This document shows positions 19,329 to 28,269 of a stretch of 64,000 nucleotides of DNA, piece after piece (positions within the stretch are counted from its first letter, which is position 1; each line of letters begins with the position of its first letter). The stretch is from Candidatus Amunia macphersoniae. GTDB taxonomy: Bacteria > Chloroflexota > Dormibacteria > Aeolococcales > Aeolococcaceae. The position numbers and the translations under genes are program-made. Where the stretch lies: NCBI GenBank assembly GCA_016464795.1, contig JAEKNN010000025.1:13548-77547 (forward strand). The letters are read 5' to 3'. The notes under the pieces are model-generated. The model did not search any database. It saw only the letters and a program-made list of their open reading frames with translations, and had not been told where the DNA came from.

Positions 19329-19959
19329 GCACCTGCGCAGCCGCCTCGACTCAGTTGTCGGTGCCGCGGGGGTGGGCTCGGACGCGGTGGTGCGAGCATC
19401 CACGCTGACCCAGCTTCGCGAGCTTCTGCTCGCCTGCGCGGCCACTGGTGCCACCGTCGCCCCCGCTGGGTTTGCCACCGCCCAGAACGCTGACGTGGTG
19501 ATCAACGTCGACCGTCTGGACTCCGTCCGGGCTGATGCGAGCAGCCTGCTTCTCCACGCCGGGGCGGCGGCCTCATGGGCGGTGGTGCGTGAGGCAGCGG
19601 GCGCCCAGCGCCTGGTCGTGGCCGCGCTCCCCTCAGTGCGCAGTGACCGGGTGGGACAGTCGGTGGCGCAGGGAGAGATCGGCCACCGGACGCTCGCCGG
19701 TGTGGACTTCCTCACCGCTGCGGGCGAGCTGATCTCGGCGGGCGGGCGGACCCTCAAGGACGTGGTCGGCTACGACCTCGCCGGCCTGGCGCTCGGCAGC
19801 GGGGAGCGGCTGGGCATGATCGTGGCGGTGACCCTGCGCCTCGAACCTCTGGGAGCCGGCAGCCCCGGCGAGCCCGGTCCGGGTGCGTGGAGGGGCACTG
19901 CCGGCGTGGACCTGGAGACGGCGTTGTCGGGCGCGTCAGGCGATGTCGCCGGCCTCTGA
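19321..19959 (+). CDS. FAD-binding PCMH-type domain protein (GlcE-like, short)
   Basis: The ATG at 19321 overlaps the nuoN end by 8 nt. The pattern ...VINVDRLDSV...LLLHAGAAASW...TLKDVVGYDLAGLALGSGERLGMIVAVTLRLEP matches the FAD_binding_4 fold. Confidence 0.65.
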   Translation: MDEHLRSRLDSVVGAAGVGSDAVVRASTLTQLRELLLACAATGATVAPAGFATAQNADVVINVDRLDSVRADASSLLLHAGAAASWAVVREAAGAQRLVVAALPSVRSDRVGQSVAQGEIGHRTLAGVDFLTAAGELISAGGRTLKDVVGYDLAGLALGSGERLGMIVAVTLRLEPLGAGSPGEPGPGAWRGTAGVDLETALSGASGDVAGL

Positions 19960-20595
19960 GCGGGCATCGCCAGGACCGGTTTCGCTGGACTCCGGCGGCC
20001 GGTATTCGATGTCGCCAAGCTGCCCTCTGGTGTAGTCGAGCAGGAGCATCCCGCCTTTGGCGCACTGCAGGCGGTGCAGCGCCCACGAGGGCCGGCCCAG
20101 CGCATGCACCCAGAAGGCCTGGATGGGGTCTCCATGGCTGACCAGGATGCCGCCCTGCTCACGGGCGGCGGCGAGGATGCGCCGGATCGGCCGCTCCACC
20201 CGGGCTGCCATCTGCTCCACGGTCTCGTCGTTGGGAAGAAGCCCAGGCCGGACCATGTGAATCATCCAGAGCGGTCGCCGCCATGGCACCTGCGCTGGTT
20301 TGATGCCCTCGAGGTAGTGGCCGAAGCGAGCTTCGACGAGGTCCACGGTGGTGGTGATGGTGGCGCCGCCGATGTGTCCGGCGACGATCTCCGCTGTCTG
20401 CTGGGCGCGCAGCAGCGGGCTCGCGTGGATGTGTGTGGCTCCGGTGGTGGCCAGGAAGCGGCCCTGGGCGTGAGCCTGCTGCACTCCCCTGTCGCTCAGC
20501 GGGAAATTGGGAAGATGGCCGTAGAGCACCCCCTCTGGGTTGCGCACGTCGCAGTGCCTCGCCAGGAAGACACGGGTGATCGCTGGTCGAGGCAC
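19936..20595 (-). CDS. Histidine phosphatase family protein (phosphoglycerate mutase-like)
   Basis: N-terminal RHCDVRNPEGVLYG (RHG-type motif) and SHGDPI near the C-terminus. Confidence 0.8.
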   Translation of the reverse strand: MPRPAITRVFLARHCDVRNPEGVLYGHLPNFPLSDRGVQQAHAQGRFLATTGATHIHASPLLRAQQTAEIVAGHIGGATITTTVDLVEARFGHYLEGIKPAQVPWRRPLWMIHMVRPGLLPNDETVEQMAARVERPIRRILAAAREQGGILVSHGDPIQAFWVHALGRPSWALHRLQCAKGGMLLLDYTRGQLGDIEYRPPESSETGPGDARSEAGDIA

Positions 20596-20769
20596 CCGGC
20601 GATGCTACGGGATCCGAGGAACGGCGTTGCATGCTCGTAGCACCGAAGTGAAGCTCGTGCCCCAGGTCGCGCCGAGAATGAGACGTACGTGTCTGTTCCA
20701 CTCCGCGCCGTCGCTGCAGCGGCCATTGCGAGTCGACGGCGCCGGAACACGCCCGCGCCGCTCGGGATC

Positions 20770-20951
20770 AGCGTGACCAATGTGCTGCGCATCCAGTCCG
20801 AGGACATCCGACGGCTGCGCAAGCAGCGCGCCGAGCAAGCGGGCCACCGCGCACCGGTGCTGATGTTGCTGCCGATGATGGGATGCATCTTTCCCTGCAT
20901 CTTGTGTGCCTGCTGGGGCCGGCGGTGCTGTCGATCATCGGTCCGAAGTAG
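20770..20951 (+). pseudogene. C-terminal fragment of a type II secretion system F / TadB-TadC-like protein, frameshifted
   Basis: LRKQRAEQAGHRAPVLMLLPMMGCIFPCI resembles a T2SS-F C-terminus. The expected ending LVCLLGPAVLSIIGPK* is in another frame. No N-terminal part is present. Confidence 0.45.
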
Positions 20952-21041
20952 CGCCCCGGCGGCCGGCTGGTGAGCCGGGCTGGCTTCGCTGCGAAGCATG
21001 GAGCACATCAAGCGGTCAGAGCCTGACCGCGAGGGGACGCG

Positions 21042-21221
21042 GTGACCTACGACCGCATCTCTGACCCGATGACCAGGTGGGGCGTGACCGTGCTGGAACG
21101 GCTCTCGCTGCGTGGTGACGAGACAGTTCTCGACTGCGGTTGCGGCAGCGGGCGAGTCACGAGAAGCTCCCGAGCGACTTCCGGCAGGCTGGACATGTCT
21201 GCACGGCGACGCCTTACGTAG
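21042..21221 (+). pseudogene. N-terminal fragment of a class I SAM-dependent methyltransferase
   Basis: The 59-codon frame VTYDRISDPMTRWGVTVLERLSLRGDETVLDCGCGSGRVT contains SAM motif I, then degenerates and stops. Confidence 0.5.
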
Positions 21222-21326
21222 GGGCGCTGGGCCCATAAGGGCCAACTGTGCCAGTTGAACCTTCTCGTTGCCGGCCCGCCACCAATTCGGCACTCACAGG
21301 AGCGCCGAGCCAGTGATCGTACGGAG

Positions 21327-22658
21327 ATGACCGTTCACCGCGAGCACCTCCCCGCTCAGGACAGGTTGCGCGCGCTCCCGGTGCCTGCAGTGGTAAGTCC
21401 CGACACTGCCCTCAGGCGCCATGGACGAGAGTCCACACACGCTGCCACGCGCGGCCAACGATCTCCCAACCTTGACGTTCTCCGTGCCCTCGCAGCGGTG
21501 ATGGTGGTGGCCGCACACGCGAACTACCTGAACGCGGTCACGCGCGCACCCTCCGGCGGACTTCGCCACTACATGTGGTCTGGCGTCAACCTGTTCTTTG
21601 TCCTCAGCGGGTATCTGATCACGCGACCCTTCATTGTTGCCCTGTGCCAGGGCAGACCACGCCCCCGCCTGCTGGCCTACACGGTGCGGCGGGCGTCGCG
21701 CATCCTCCCGGCGTACTGGCTCGTCATCGCGGTCAGCTTGCTGATCATGCGACCCTTGACGGCCACGTGGTCTGAGGTGGTCAGTCACCTTCTGCTGATC
21801 CACGACAGCGTTCCTGGCCAGACGTACACGGTGGTGGCCGTGGCCTGGACGCTGGGTGTCGAGGCGGCCTTCTATGTGTTGGTTCCGCTCGCCGCGGCAG
21901 TGACCGGCTTGCGCAGCCATGGCCCGGTGGCGCCGCGCAGGATTGCTGCCATCATCGTTGGCGCGTGGATCCTGAGCGCGGTGTGGTCATGGGCGGCCGC
22001 GTCATTCGGAAGTGACTGGATGGGGAACATGGGCAGCCAGGGCATCAATGATGCCGGGGACGGTGCTCCAGCCCTGCTCACGGTGAACCTACCGGCGAAG
22101 TTGTTCCTCTTCTGTCCAGGAGTCTTGATCGCCCTGGCTGAGTGCTGCGGTGCGCTCGAGTCTCTGCGGCTGACGCGAACCGCTGTGGGTCGCGCCGTGA
22201 TGGTGCTTGCCTCCGGAGTGTTGTGGTGGGCTGGTGTGCTCGTCGACTGGGGGCACTCGACACCGGCCAGCCGAGCTGCCCGGGACGAGCTCTTCGCAGC
22301 GGCATTCGGCGTGTTGCTTGTCATCGCGATCCAGACGAGGCCGTGGCGCTCCCCGCTTGCGCGAGTCGCCGCATCCGTCGGCGTGGTGTCGTACGGCCTC
22401 TATCTCTGGCACGGCATCACCGAGGATTGGATTCGCGGTGCGCACGTCTCTCTACCGACGCTCGGCGGCCCCACATCAACCTGGCTCCTGGCAACAGCCG
22501 CCGTGGCGCTGACCGGACTGATCCCGGCGACGTTGAGCTGGGTGTTGCTCGAGCGCTCCCTCATCGCGCGCGCGGCCCGCGCCTTCTCGGTGCGAACCGC
22601 GTCGTCGCCGCGTCCTCCGGACGCTGTCACCTCACACGTGCGGTGGCGCCCCCGTTAG
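21327..22658 (+). CDS. Acyltransferase 3 family membrane protein
   Basis: Polytopic. LDVLRALAAVMVVAAHA and FFVLSGYLITRPF are typical of the acyltransferase_3 family. ATG at 21327 is preceded by ACGGAG. The last 5 codons lie in the tRNA-derived repeat. Confidence 0.8.
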   Translation: MTVHREHLPAQDRLRALPVPAVVSPDTALRRHGRESTHAATRGQRSPNLDVLRALAAVMVVAAHANYLNAVTRAPSGGLRHYMWSGVNLFFVLSGYLITRPFIVALCQGRPRPRLLAYTVRRASRILPAYWLVIAVSLLIMRPLTATWSEVVSHLLLIHDSVPGQTYTVVAVAWTLGVEAAFYVLVPLAAAVTGLRSHGPVAPRRIAAIIVGAWILSAVWSWAAASFGSDWMGNMGSQGINDAGDGAPALLTVNLPAKLFLFCPGVLIALAECCGALESLRLTRTAVGRAVMVLASGVLWWAGVLVDWGHSTPASRAARDELFAAAFGVLLVIAIQTRPWRSPLARVAASVGVVSYGLYLWHGITEDWIRGAHVSLPTLGGPTSTWLLATAAVALTGLIPATLSWVLLERSLIARAARAFSVRTASSPRPPDAVTSHVRWRPR

Positions 22659-22692
22659 GAATCGAACCAACGACCAACCGCTTAGAAGGCGG
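22644..22692 (-). repeat. 49-nt copy of the 3' part of tRNA-Arg(TCT), att-like direct repeat
   Basis: 47/49 identity to 28270-28318 (anticodon stem through CCA) in the same orientation. Similarity stops at the 5' side of the anticodon stem. Confidence 0.85.
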
Positions 22693-22878
22693 TGTACAGC
22701 GGGTTGTAGGGCGGTGTGGGTGTCAGCAACCGCAACCTAACCGAACCTGTGGGCGTCTTTCTCGTCTCAGGGTCGGAGCTCAGATCACTGCGTCGCTGAA
22801 TTCAAATCGCCCGGCCGCCGCCGACCCACGGGAACCCGAGGAGTCCCGGATATACTCCGATTCTTCACCCGCAGGGTT

Positions 22879-25800
22879 GTGAGGCGCACGATGGCCCAGC
22901 GACCGATTCGACAGAGCTTCGCCCCACGTCGCGCGCTCGTGCTCCTGGGCCTCTTGCTCTTCTCGTGCATTGGCGCGCTGACGCCCTCACGGGTAGCGGC
23001 AGGCAACACCATCGTCAACTTCGATGACCTGCACACCGGTGATGTTGTGGGGACCCAGTACGCATCGCAAGGCGTCACCTTTGTCACCAACGGACCCACG
23101 AGCGAGACGCCGACCCTGCCCACGGTCAAGGCGGTCGCTGGAACGACGTCCGCGCCCAACGCGGCCTCGCTTCGCCATTGCGGCGGCGAGTTCTGCCAGA
23201 ACCTGGCCATGGCCCACTTCGACCCGCCCCGCTCCCACGTCAGCGTCAACGTCAGTGACGGCCGGGGTCAGGCAACCGCCTCCCTGATCGCATACGACGA
23301 GGTCGGGCCGATCGCCGACTCAACGGGGGCCTCGAGCGTCCCTGTTGAGTCCGGGTCATTCGCAGGGCTCGAGGTTTCCTCATCGAAGAGCGACATCTCG
23401 TACGTCACCATCAGTGGACACCCCGAGAACGACATCCTGATCGACGACCTCGCCTTCGGCGCCCCTGCGCCGCCGCCCCCACCGGCGTCCACGGGAAGCG
23501 TCGGTGCTCCGCCAGCCTCAACCGCCGTACCCCTTCCGCCCAAATGCAGCATCAACGTCGCCTCGCCCGTTTTCAGCATCGGCCCCAACGGCTCGACCAC
23601 AGTCACCCTGGTGGTGAGGCGATCCGGCGCTTGGAGTGGCGGCCTCACCTTCCACACCACGCTCCTCTCACCAAACACTTCCGCCGACTTCACGCCGGTT
23701 TCGGTGTCTGGGCCGGGCACCGACGAAGTGCATCTCACCCTCAGCGCGGTCAACGCGGCCCCCGGTGCCAATCCGATCACCGTCACCGGCATCTCCGATG
23801 CCGGCGACGTCTCCTGCTCGGCGGCCGTGACACTGACCGTGACCGCCCCCGTCAATTTGGTGGTAAAGGGCTTCGAGGTGACGTCGGGGGTACAGATCGA
23901 CCACCTGCCCCAGCGCACTGGGGTGGAGACCTCGGTAGCGTACTTTGGCGTCCTGCTCCCGGAAGGCAAGAAAACGGTGGTGCGGGTGTTCGTCGCGGCC
24001 AGCGACGGACCGCCCACCGGAGTGCCCAACGTTGAGGCGACGCTCACCGGCTACCGCCCCGGGAGCAGCACGCCGCTTGCAGGGGGACCGCTACACCCGC
24101 AATGGGGGCTGCAGACGGTGAGTGTGGATCCCTCCTACAACGTCGACGAGCAGCGCAAGGATCCCACCCAGGGCTTTGCGTTCGTTCTCCCTCCTGCATG
24201 GACCACTGGCAACATCGAGCTCGAGGCAAGTGCCACTGCGCCGGGCGGAAGTCTCAGCGGGGAGTGCGGGGCCGATTGCACCGCCCGGAAAACGCTGCGC
24301 CTCACCGGGGTCAGCTTCACCCCAGTCAAGGACGTACACGTCGTCCCGGTGGCGATGGTGGACGGCATCGGCGGAGCCCTGCCGGCGCCGGCGTACACAT
24401 GCATCACCTGGAAGGACATGGGCGGCTATTCGATCCCGGCCAACCCGTACACGTGTCCCAACAATGGGGTCTTCGCGGACGCGCGCCAGGTCACGCCGGT
24501 GGGGATGGATCACTTCCATCTCGCTGACTACTACGCGTTCATCGACGTCCACGATCAGATCGCTCACACTTACAACCCTACCAACCCCCTCGCCGACCAA
24601 ACCGAGCGTGGCAAGGCGGTGGGCTCGGTTCTCTGGCATCTCGCGAATGACCGCGAGGACGTGCTGCTGAATACGGAGGACTACGACCCCCGGGCGAGCA
24701 ACATCATCATGGGCGTGCATCCGGACGGCAAGGGCATCCGCGGCGCCGCCAGGGGTGCCGAGTGCCGGGTCAGCTCTGGAATAGCGGAGTGTGATGAATG
24801 GAGAGTGGCCATCGTGCCTGCGACTGGCCGTCCCCTTACTGGAGTTGCACACGAACTTTGGCACATGTATGGGTTCTTTCATGCCAGCAAGTGCACCTTG
24901 AACCCTGACGCGAAGCCCCCTGCAGACGTCGGTAACTTCACAGACTGGCCGCCCGACCAACAGGGTCGCATGCAGGGATATGGGCTCGACACCCGCGACG
25001 GATCGGGCTTGGGGACGGGAGGTGGCCCCTTCCGGGTCCTGGGAGATGAGGCGGGCCCGGACCGTATCAGTCATAAGTCCAACAACATCATCTGGCATGA
25101 CCTGATGGGCTACTGCGCGTCGGAACCTGACGCGTGGATCTCAACCAAGAACTGGAACGAGTTCGTGACCGCCTTTGCCGCGCGCGATCCTCATGCTCCA
25201 GTCCAGCCCGCGGTCGCCGGGGGCGCGCCGGTGCCGGCGCTGCTGGCCACGTCACCGCCCACCCTGACAGTCACCGCCTTCACCGCCGGCGACGGGGTCG
25301 TCTTCTTCGGCACCGTCGGTCCAACCGGTCGCCATCGAGCTGGTCCCGATGCCGCCTCCCCGTACCACCTGATCGCACGCGATGCATCCGGGGCGCAGAT
25401 TGCCGACGTGGGGATGGCAACACAGCAGACTCACGCCGACCCGGGCAGCAGCGCGACCGACCTGATCGCTCAGGTGCCAAGTACCAACGTCGCTTCGGTG
25501 GAGATCCGGAAGGACGGCCGTGTCGTCGCTTCGCGCACCCGCAACGGAGCGGCGCCGACAGCACAGTTCACGGCCCCGCAAGGTGGCGAGATGGTTGATG
25601 GCCAGCCTCTCGCCGTCTCCTGGACCACCACAGCATCGTCGGTACGCCAGACCGGCGGCGACACCTCTGGGGTCAGTCGCTTCGTCTCCCTCGACTACTC
25701 GATCGACGATGGCAAGACCTGGCGCTTGGTGTACGCGGGGCCCGACCAAGGGTCCGCCCAGGTCCCCGCCAAGCTGCTGGCGGGAGCTGATCACGCACGG

Positions 25801-26358
25801 CTGCGGCTGACCATCAATGACGGATTTCAGGAGGGTTCCGCGGTTTCGGCCCCGTTCCGCAGCGCCGGCGCGGATCCCGCTGTGCAGATCCTCAGTCCGT
25901 CCAACAACGGCCGCCTTGCAGGTGGCGCCAACATCTTCCTCAGTGCCGAGGGCTACAACGACCAGGGGCGCCGGCTTCGCGACAACCAGATGGCCTGGTA
26001 CGTCAATGACAATCAGGTCGCCACCGGCCGCCTCGCGTCGATCTCGAACCTGCCCAAAGGAGGGGTGGTTCTCAAGTTGATCGGGACCGACGATCACGGC
26101 CGGCTGGGAGGTGCTCAGGTCTGCCTGTGGGTGTCGGCACAGTCAGTCGACCCCGCCGGCTCGCCGTCCGCGTGCCACCCGCCTGCCCTGCGCGACCCGC
26201 GAACCGGCAGGCTGGTGGGATTCGTCCCTGCACCAGGCGGCGAGCATCGGCCCTACTGGCTGCTGGCGATCCTCGGTGCCTTCCTGCTCGTTCTCCTGGG
26301 TGTCATCGGCTGGGAGTTGTCAGCGCGGCGGCGGAGGTCGACCAGCCCACGAGGTTGA
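22879..26358 (+). CDS. Large secreted, C-terminally membrane-anchored metzincin-type zinc metalloprotease (1159 aa)
   Basis: Signal-peptide-like N-terminus. Exact HExxHxxGxxH motif HELWHMYGFFH at 24850-24882, with DLMGYC as a candidate Met-turn downstream. Ig-like/BNR-like C-terminal modules. Terminal TM helix followed by RRRRS. Confidence 0.75.
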   Translation: MRRTMAQRPIRQSFAPRRALVLLGLLLFSCIGALTPSRVAAGNTIVNFDDLHTGDVVGTQYASQGVTFVTNGPTSETPTLPTVKAVAGTTSAPNAASLRHCGGEFCQNLAMAHFDPPRSHVSVNVSDGRGQATASLIAYDEVGPIADSTGASSVPVESGSFAGLEVSSSKSDISYVTISGHPENDILIDDLAFGAPAPPPPPASTGSVGAPPASTAVPLPPKCSINVASPVFSIGPNGSTTVTLVVRRSGAWSGGLTFHTTLLSPNTSADFTPVSVSGPGTDEVHLTLSAVNAAPGANPITVTGISDAGDVSCSAAVTLTVTAPVNLVVKGFEVTSGVQIDHLPQRTGVETSVAYFGVLLPEGKKTVVRVFVAASDGPPTGVPNVEATLTGYRPGSSTPLAGGPLHPQWGLQTVSVDPSYNVDEQRKDPTQGFAFVLPPAWTTGNIELEASATAPGGSLSGECGADCTARKTLRLTGVSFTPVKDVHVVPVAMVDGIGGALPAPAYTCITWKDMGGYSIPANPYTCPNNGVFADARQVTPVGMDHFHLADYYAFIDVHDQIAHTYNPTNPLADQTERGKAVGSVLWHLANDREDVLLNTEDYDPRASNIIMGVHPDGKGIRGAARGAECRVSSGIAECDEWRVAIVPATGRPLTGVAHELWHMYGFFHASKCTLNPDAKPPADVGNFTDWPPDQQGRMQGYGLDTRDGSGLGTGGGPFRVLGDEAGPDRISHKSNNIIWHDLMGYCASEPDAWISTKNWNEFVTAFAARDPHAPVQPAVAGGAPVPALLATSPPTLTVTAFTAGDGVVFFGTVGPTGRHRAGPDAASPYHLIARDASGAQIADVGMATQQTHADPGSSATDLIAQVPSTNVASVEIRKDGRVVASRTRNGAAPTAQFTAPQGGEMVDGQPLAVSWTTTASSVRQTGGDTSGVSRFVSLDYSIDDGKTWRLVYAGPDQGSAQVPAKLLAGADHARLRLTINDGFQEGSAVSAPFRSAGADPAVQILSPSNNGRLAGGANIFLSAEGYNDQGRRLRDNQMAWYVNDNQVATGRLASISNLPKGGVVLKLIGTDDHGRLGGAQVCLWVSAQSVDPAGSPSACHPPALRDPRTGRLVGFVPAPGGEHRPYWLLAILGAFLLVLLGVIGWELSARRRRSTSPRG

Positions 26359-26369
26359 GGCGGGATGGC

Positions 26370-26930
26370 TCAGAGCCGGCTCAGCACCTTCAGAGCAAAC
26401 TGCTTGTCCTGGTCACACGCGTCGCCAACTATGGAGAACAGGCGCTTTCCCTTGCCGCTGTAGACGAAGAGCGATGCCACCACCACAGGTGCTGTGATCG
26501 TCTCGCAGGTCGCGGCATCACCAACCCCGCTCACGTCTTGGGGATCCTTGAGAAGTGACTTGCTGTGGTCGTAGTCGCTGCGGTCGCGTTCTCCAGCGTT
26601 GAAGTGTACGATCGTCTCCTTGGTTGTCTGGTCCGAAGCGCTGTAATTGCAGCCGCCGGCAACCCCAACGTGAGGCGATGCGATCGGTGAGCCCATGATC
26701 GCCTCAGCCTCCGCCTGGGTGACGAAGTCGCACGGATGGTCAGCCGGATCGCTGGCCGGTGCGCTGCTCGAGCTGTTGCCGCCGGCCGCAGAGCTGGAGC
26801 CAGCGGATGCCGGGCTGGCGGACTGGCCACAGGCCGCCAGGGCGCACCCGGTGAGGGCCGCTGCCAGTGCTTGTGCGCGAAATCGAGGTGCAAACCTGGA
26901 CATGGTGGACTTCCCTTGGTGGTGGGTCAC
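26370..26930 (-). CDS. Lipoprotein (DUF3558-like)
   Basis: Lipobox LTGCA/LAACG followed by a Ser/Ala-rich linker and HPCDFVTQAEAEAIMG. Its GTG overlaps the upstream stop (GTGA). Confidence 0.7.
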   Translation of the reverse strand: MTHHQGKSTMSRFAPRFRAQALAAALTGCALAACGQSASPASAGSSSAAGGNSSSSAPASDPADHPCDFVTQAEAEAIMGSPIASPHVGVAGGCNYSASDQTTKETIVHFNAGERDRSDYDHSKSLLKDPQDVSGVGDAATCETITAPVVVASLFVYSGKGKRLFSIVGDACDQDKQFALKVLSRL

Positions 26931-27724
26931 GGCGCGGTCGTGTACGCGCGGATGTGCCAGCGGCAGCGATTGTCTCCGGTGGCGTTGTTGACCAACCTCG
27001 TCCGCAGTCGGTAGTCACCGCCCTGAGAGACGCTGGCATGCGCATCGTCGGCCCATGGCAGGTCGGTGGTCACCCTGTTGGCGTCGTTCTGGATCGGAGT
27101 GCCACCACCCGCGTAGACCCAGCTCTCAATGTTCATGCCGGGGACACCGGGAGCGCCAGGGCCGTCTGAATCTGGGCAGGAGAAGCTGTTGGCAATCTCC
27201 CAGTTGGCACCGGTGAAGCCGGGAGTGTCTCCGGGCGTGACAGCATTGCCGCAGCCGTACCAGTCATTGCTGGGGCTGGCGGTCTCGCCGGCAGCGGAGG
27301 GCCCGCTGACGGCGGCCAGGGGATGCTGGCCCGGAGCCATCGCCGGACAGCCGCTGAAGGACGGGTCACTGAGGTGACCCGATGGGTTCCAGCCAGTTGC
27401 ATCGGGAGGACTGGTTGCCGGTGAGCTGGGTGCTGGGGCACTGGCTCCCGGAGGGTGACTCGCTGGAGCGCTCGATGCTGGAGCGCTCGATGCCGTGGCG
27501 CTCGCCGAAGGGGATCCGGAGGTGGAGGCGGTCGGACTGTAGCCGGTAGGGGTCGGTGTGGCTCTGGCCGACGGGGCCGCGTTGGGATTGTGCTTGAAGA
27601 TGAGGAATCCAGCGAGGAGTCCGGCGAGAGTGCCCGCGATCAGGCCAATCGCCACCCACAGGGTGGGCTTGGTGCGCTCGGTGGTGGTCACGGGCGTTGG
27701 AGCGCCGGGAGGAAGATCACTCAT
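26927..27724 (-). CDS. Single-pass membrane protein with Ser/Pro/Ala linker and Cys-containing extracellular domain
   Basis: TM helix LWVAIGLIAGTLAGLLAGFLIF, then a low-complexity linker and a ~130-aa domain. No recognisable family. Confidence 0.6.
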   Translation of the reverse strand: MSDLPPGAPTPVTTTERTKPTLWVAIGLIAGTLAGLLAGFLIFKHNPNAAPSARATPTPTGYSPTASTSGSPSASATASSAPASSAPASHPPGASAPAPSSPATSPPDATGWNPSGHLSDPSFSGCPAMAPGQHPLAAVSGPSAAGETASPSNDWYGCGNAVTPGDTPGFTGANWEIANSFSCPDSDGPGAPGVPGMNIESWVYAGGGTPIQNDANRVTTDLPWADDAHASVSQGGDYRLRTRLVNNATGDNRCRWHIRAYTTAP

Positions 27725-27735
27725 GGCCGGTCACC

Positions 27736-28014
27736 TCAGCCGCTCGCCGTGTGCCACACGGCAAAGGCGATGCCGAGGCCGATGAGCAACCCGGGGAGCA
27801 GGCCGATCAGGAGCATGAGCATCGGCGCCGGACCGATGCGTTCCACCACGGCTACTGACGTGGTCGTTTCCGCGACAGTCGCCAGCGTGGACGTCACCGC
27901 CACGGGGACTGCGGCTGCCGGCCGGTGACCGCCACCCGGCGCCGCGGCCTCCAGCGGCGGAGGAGGTGGCGGTGCCTCCGGAGGTGGCGGTGGCAGGGAG
28001 GTTTGGTCGCTCAC
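27736..28014 (-). CDS. Small Pro-rich tail-anchored membrane protein
   Basis: GTG at 28014 with AGGAG 5 nt upstream. C-terminal TM is MLMLLIGLLPGLLIGLGIAFAVW. The ORF-track start at 28110 is a TTG in an AT-richer leader. Confidence 0.5.
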   Translation of the reverse strand: MSDQTSLPPPPPEAPPPPPPLEAAAPGGGHRPAAAVPVAVTSTLATVAETTTSVAVVERIGPAPMLMLLIGLLPGLLIGLGIAFAVWHTASG

Positions 28015-28098
28015 AGAAGCTCCTGTTCGATCGATGGCAAATGGAATAAGTCGCGACATTGTATTGAGCTGTGCGGCGAGCTGCGAAGCAAAATCGCG

Positions 28099-28218
28099 AT
28101 GTTTGAACAATGCTCGCTGACCACCTTGAGCAAAGCCAAGGACATCCTCGTCAGTGTGACCACCGACAGTTGCGACCAGGCCAAGGCTTTTGCCCTCAAT
28201 GTCCTGAGCAGACTCTGA
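28099..28218 (+). pseudogene. C-terminal fragment of a paralog of the 26370-26930 lipoprotein
   Basis: ...KDILVSVTTDSCDQAKAFALNVLSRL* aligns with ...KRLFSIVGDACDQDKQFALKVLSRL* of the intact gene. It is on the opposite strand and has no N-terminal part. Confidence 0.6.
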
Positions 28219-28269
28219 GGGATAGGGGCGTCACGACTCGCGGACCCGATGCTGTTCGAGACCCGGCAG

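Noticed and set aside
20496-21293. The 265-aa minus-strand ORF spanning the fragment patch.
   Set aside because: The sequence is not protein-like, and the region is better explained by the two plus-strand gene fragments.
22693-28269. A search for an integrase, excisionase or transposase inside the tRNA-Arg island and next to the palindromic elements.
   Set aside because: No ORF in any frame shows tyrosine- or serine-recombinase, DDE or HUH motifs. The elements are therefore reported as a degenerate island and as repeats without an autonomous partner in this window.
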